A DNA stretch of 39,824 nucleotides, from assembly GCA_046153645.1 (NCBI GenBank), contig JBJXGI010000010.1, forward strand, positions 1-39,824, in the 5' to 3' direction. Of this stretch, positions 36,841 through 39,824 are shown in pieces. Origin of the DNA: Elusimicrobiota bacterium (GTDB lineage Bacteria; Elusimicrobiota; Elusimicrobia; F11). The position numbers and the translations under genes were made by a program. How positions within the stretch are numbered: position 1 is the stretch's first letter; each line of letters opens with the position of its first letter. The notes below the pieces were generated by a model, which had not been told where the DNA came from, did not search any database, and saw only the letters and a list, made by a program, of their open reading frames with translations.

Positions 36841-38670
36841 ATGAACTCATCATCTCATTCATTTGACGTTATTGTTATTGGTTCCGGTCACGCCTCTGTT
36901 GAAGCGGCGCTGGCACCGGCCCGTATGGGTTTGCAGGTGCTTATGCTCACCATGGATCCGACCAAGATTGGGCAGATGTCTTGTAACCCTGCGATTGGAG
37001 GTATTGCCAAAGGTCAGGTGGTGCGAGAAATTGACGCTCTCGGTGGAGAAATGGCCAAACTCACCGATAAAGCAGGCATGCAATTTCGAATGCTTAATCG
37101 TGGGAAAGGGCCAGCGGTGTGGAGTCCTCGCGCGCAGTGCGACCGTGAATTGTACCGACAAGTGGCCACCGAAAAAGTTTTGGAGCAGAAAAACCTCACC
37201 GTTTTAAAAGGGGAATGTTCAGAAATTTTGACTTACAATGGTCGCGTGTCAGGCGTCAAAGCTTCTGATGGGGCTGTTTATCACGCGCGCGCGGTGATTG
37301 TTGGAACCGGGACATTCTTAAAAGCCATTCTTCATTGTGGATTAGATCATGTGTCAGGGGGACGTCGGGACGAACCACCGGCTGCTTATTTATCTGACTC
37401 ACTGCGTTCTCTTGGCTTTCAAATGGGCCGCCTGAAGACGGGAACGCCAATGCGATTAGACGGTCGCACCATCGATTACAGTCAGTGCGAAATTCAACCA
37501 GGCGATTCAAATCCGTTACCAATGTCCCACTTCACAAGAGGTATTTCCCAAAAACAAATTCCGTGTTGGCTCACCCACACCAATGAACAAATGCACGACA
37601 TTATTCGCAATAATTTAGACCGCTCTCCTATATATTCCGGGAAAATTTCTGTGACGGGGGTGCGTTATTGCCCTTCCATTGAAGACAAGGTTGTTAAATT
37701 TTCTCATCACAATCGTCATCACATATTTATTGAACCTGAAGGTTATTTTACCGATGAGGTTTATATTAATGGGCTTTTCACCAGTATGCCGGGGGACGTT
37801 CAAGAAAAAATGGTGAAAACGGTCCCCGGCTTAGAAGACGCAAAATTTATTCGTTATGGTTACGCGGTTGAATATGATTATTGTCCACCCACGCAACTTC
37901 AATCAACTTTAGAAACGAAACTTGTGTCTGGTCTTTATTTCGCGGGCCAAATTAATGGAACAACGGGTTATGAAGAGGCGGCGGGTCAAGGGTTAATGGC
38001 GGGCCTCAATGCCGCGTTTTCTTTAAAAGAAATGGATCCCTTGGTTTTAGGACGGGATGAGGCATATATTGGTGTCATGATTGACGACTTGGTTACAAAA
38101 GGGGTTGATGAACCTTATCGACTGCTCACCAGTCGTGCTGAATACCGAATGCATTTGCGTTGGGACAATGCTGATTTGAGATTATTACATCATGGGAAGA
38201 GAGCGGGGCTTATTTCCGAACAAACTTTTGATGAGTTCACTTTATTTAAAAAACGTGTTGAATCGCAATTAGAGCGCCCTGAAAAATTGGGATCTCCCAT
38301 GAAACCTTTTATTTTGTCAGGTGATGATGGGGCCGAAGTAGAAGGGTTAGACCCCTTGGTTGCCTTTGATATGGAAGCGGGCCCCTGGTCTAGTGAAAAA
38401 GAGGCATATCAAATTTGGGTGCAACATAAGTATGGCGGATATATGGTTCGCCAAGAAACAGAATTATCCCGCTTTCGAAATTTAGAATCAAAAAAAATTC
38501 CGACACAGTTTGATTTTGGAAAAATTCCTGGATTATTACAGGAAGCCAGGGAAAAATTAGGACGTATTCGACCGCATTCATTGGGGCAGGCCTCACGCAT
38601 TCCTGGTGTGACACCGGCGGATATTGGAATTTTAATGGTTTATTTAAAACGTGGAGCATCATTATCATGA
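36841..38670 (+). CDS. mnmG: tRNA U34 carboxymethylaminomethyl modification enzyme
   Basis: [46 protein letters not shown]. Confidence 0.98.
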   Translation: MNSSSHSFDVIVIGSGHASVEAALAPARMGLQVLMLTMDPTKIGQMSCNPAIGGIAKGQVVREIDALGGEMAKLTDKAGMQFRMLNRGKGPAVWSPRAQCDRELYRQVATEKVLEQKNLTVLKGECSEILTYNGRVSGVKASDGAVYHARAVIVGTGTFLKAILHCGLDHVSGGRRDEPPAAYLSDSLRSLGFQMGRLKTGTPMRLDGRTIDYSQCEIQPGDSNPLPMSHFTRGISQKQIPCWLTHTNEQMHDIIRNNLDRSPIYSGKISVTGVRYCPSIEDKVVKFSHHNRHHIFIEPEGYFTDEVYINGLFTSMPGDVQEKMVKTVPGLEDAKFIRYGYAVEYDYCPPTQLQSTLETKLVSGLYFAGQINGTTGYEEAAGQGLMAGLNAAFSLKEMDPLVLGRDEAYIGVMIDDLVTKGVDEPYRLLTSRAEYRMHLRWDNADLRLLHHGKRAGLISEQTFDEFTLFKKRVESQLERPEKLGSPMKPFILSGDDGAEVEGLDPLVAFDMEAGPWSSEKEAYQIWVQHKYGGYMVRQETELSRFRNLESKKIPTQFDFGKIPGLLQEAREKLGRIRPHSLGQASRIPGVTPADIGILMVYLKRGASLS

Positions 38671-39404
38671 ATGAAGATAAAGTGGATTGGGGGCATATTT
38701 TAAAACGGAGTTTAGCTCGGTGGGAAGTGGCCATGCCGGCAGATGGATTAGAATATTTCCAAATTTATATTAATGAATTGGCTCATTGGAATGACAAGGT
38801 CAATTTAACGGCTCTTAAAGAACCACAACATATCGCTTTGGGCCATTTTGCTGATTCGTTGGCACCCATGGTTTTAGATGAAGTATTTAAAAACAAATCA
38901 GCACGCGCCATTGATATCGGAACAGGGGCGGGTTTCCCAGGCATTCCTCTTAAAATTATTAACCCCGGGTGGCATTTATCATTAATTGAGTCCGTTGGAA
39001 AAAAATGCGAATTTTTAAAATCTTTGGTTGGTTCTATGGAACTCAATCATGTGGACGTTTATTACAAACGTTCCGAAGAAATGGGGCATGATAAAGACCA
39101 CCGTGAAAAATATGATTTTGCCTTTGCTCGCGCGTTATCTAATTTATCGACACTGATTGAGTATGGGCTTCCTTTTTTAAGAGTGGGGGGTCTTCTCATT
39201 GCTCACCGAGGCCGTACCGCCGCAGATGAAGTGACAAGAGTGAACGTGGCCTTAGAAGAATTAGGCGCTGAAATTGGTGAAGTTCGTCACTATGATATTC
39301 CAGAACTCGGTGGATCACGCGCACTGGTTGTGATTAAAAAAGTAAAACCCACAACAAAACATTATCCTCGGCGAATTGGTGTTGCTTCCAAACGCCCTCT
39401 CTAG
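38667..39404 (+). CDS. rsmG: 16S rRNA m7G527 methyltransferase
   Basis: WN...[29 protein letters not shown]; follows mnmG. Confidence 0.96.
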   Translation: MNEDKVDWGHILKRSLARWEVAMPADGLEYFQIYINELAHWNDKVNLTALKEPQHIALGHFADSLAPMVLDEVFKNKSARAIDIGTGAGFPGIPLKIINPGWHLSLIESVGKKCEFLKSLVGSMELNHVDVYYKRSEEMGHDKDHREKYDFAFARALSNLSTLIEYGLPFLRVGGLLIAHRGRTAADEVTRVNVALEELGAEIGEVRHYDIPELGGSRALVVIKKVKPTTKHYPRRIGVASKRPL

Positions 39405-39407
39405 ATT

Positions 39408-39809
39408 TTGAACCTTACCACCTGGAAAGAAAAAGCCAAAAAACTCAAAGATGACGCGGTTGTTTTATATCTCATCTTCCGAGATAAACGAACCCCCCTT
39501 TATATTCGAATTCTAGCGGTGGCTATTCTTGTTTATGCCATTTCTCCTTTTGATCTGATCCCCGATTTTATTCCTGTTGTTGGTTATCTTGATGATTTAA
39601 TTATTATCCCGCTTGGAATTATGCTTGTCATGAAATTGACCCCTCCTGATCTTTTGGCTGAACACAGAGCCAAGGCGCCTGAAAAACTAAAGTCCATCAA
39701 GAAGTTTGTGATTATTGGCGGCATTGTCATTGTATTTATGTGGGCCGCGTTTATTTTTGCGCTTATTTCACTGGTGTTTTATTTGTTAAGGAAATTTTCC
39801 TCACCCTAA
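39408..39809 (+). CDS. YkvA/DUF1232 family membrane protein
   Basis: YAISPFDLIPDFIPVVGYLDD. Confidence 0.9.
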   Translation: MNLTTWKEKAKKLKDDAVVLYLIFRDKRTPLYIRILAVAILVYAISPFDLIPDFIPVVGYLDDLIIIPLGIMLVMKLTPPDLLAEHRAKAPEKLKSIKKFVIIGGIVIVFMWAAFIFALISLVFYLLRKFSSP

Positions 39810-39824
39810 CCCTCTCCCGGAGGG
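39799..39824. repeat. REP-like palindrome, truncated by the window end
   Basis: CCTCACCCTAACCCTCTCCC-gga-GGG..., the same family as 7217-7253. Confidence 0.7.

Noticed and set aside
38270..38430. Divergent, acidic segment in the C-terminal part of MnmG
   Set aside because: This helical region is variable among MnmG proteins, and there are no intein or repeat signatures.

Overview
Low-GC bacterial chromosomal window. The gene content and the giant membrane protein suggest Elusimicrobiota or a related lineage, which is an inference. It carries housekeeping blocks: serS, acs, a complete F0F1 atp operon followed by def-fmt-rlmN-PASTA-rpe, erpA/iscA, trxB and mnmG-rsmG. It also carries a metal/metalloid cluster (arsR-arsC-aquaglyceroporin, FTR1, and a CNNM/CBS protein fused to a PTS EIIA domain), small toxin-antitoxin/defence-type genes sitting directly upstream of core genes, and two families of short palindromic repeats. 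The standout is an 8.2-kb gene encoding a ~2,730-aa protein. It has a signal-like N-terminus, a metallo-hydrolase-like N-domain and a CPBP/Abi-like membrane module. These are followed by two ureohydrolase-like (DxHxD...DxD) domains and two PrmC/HemK-like SAM methyltransferases, punctuated by two homologous HExxH site-2-protease-like 4-TM modules. This layout looks like a self-processing enzyme polyprotein. A candidate ~210-nt structured RNA with its own promoter lies between trxB and erpA. No rRNA, tRNA, CRISPR array or transposase was seen.
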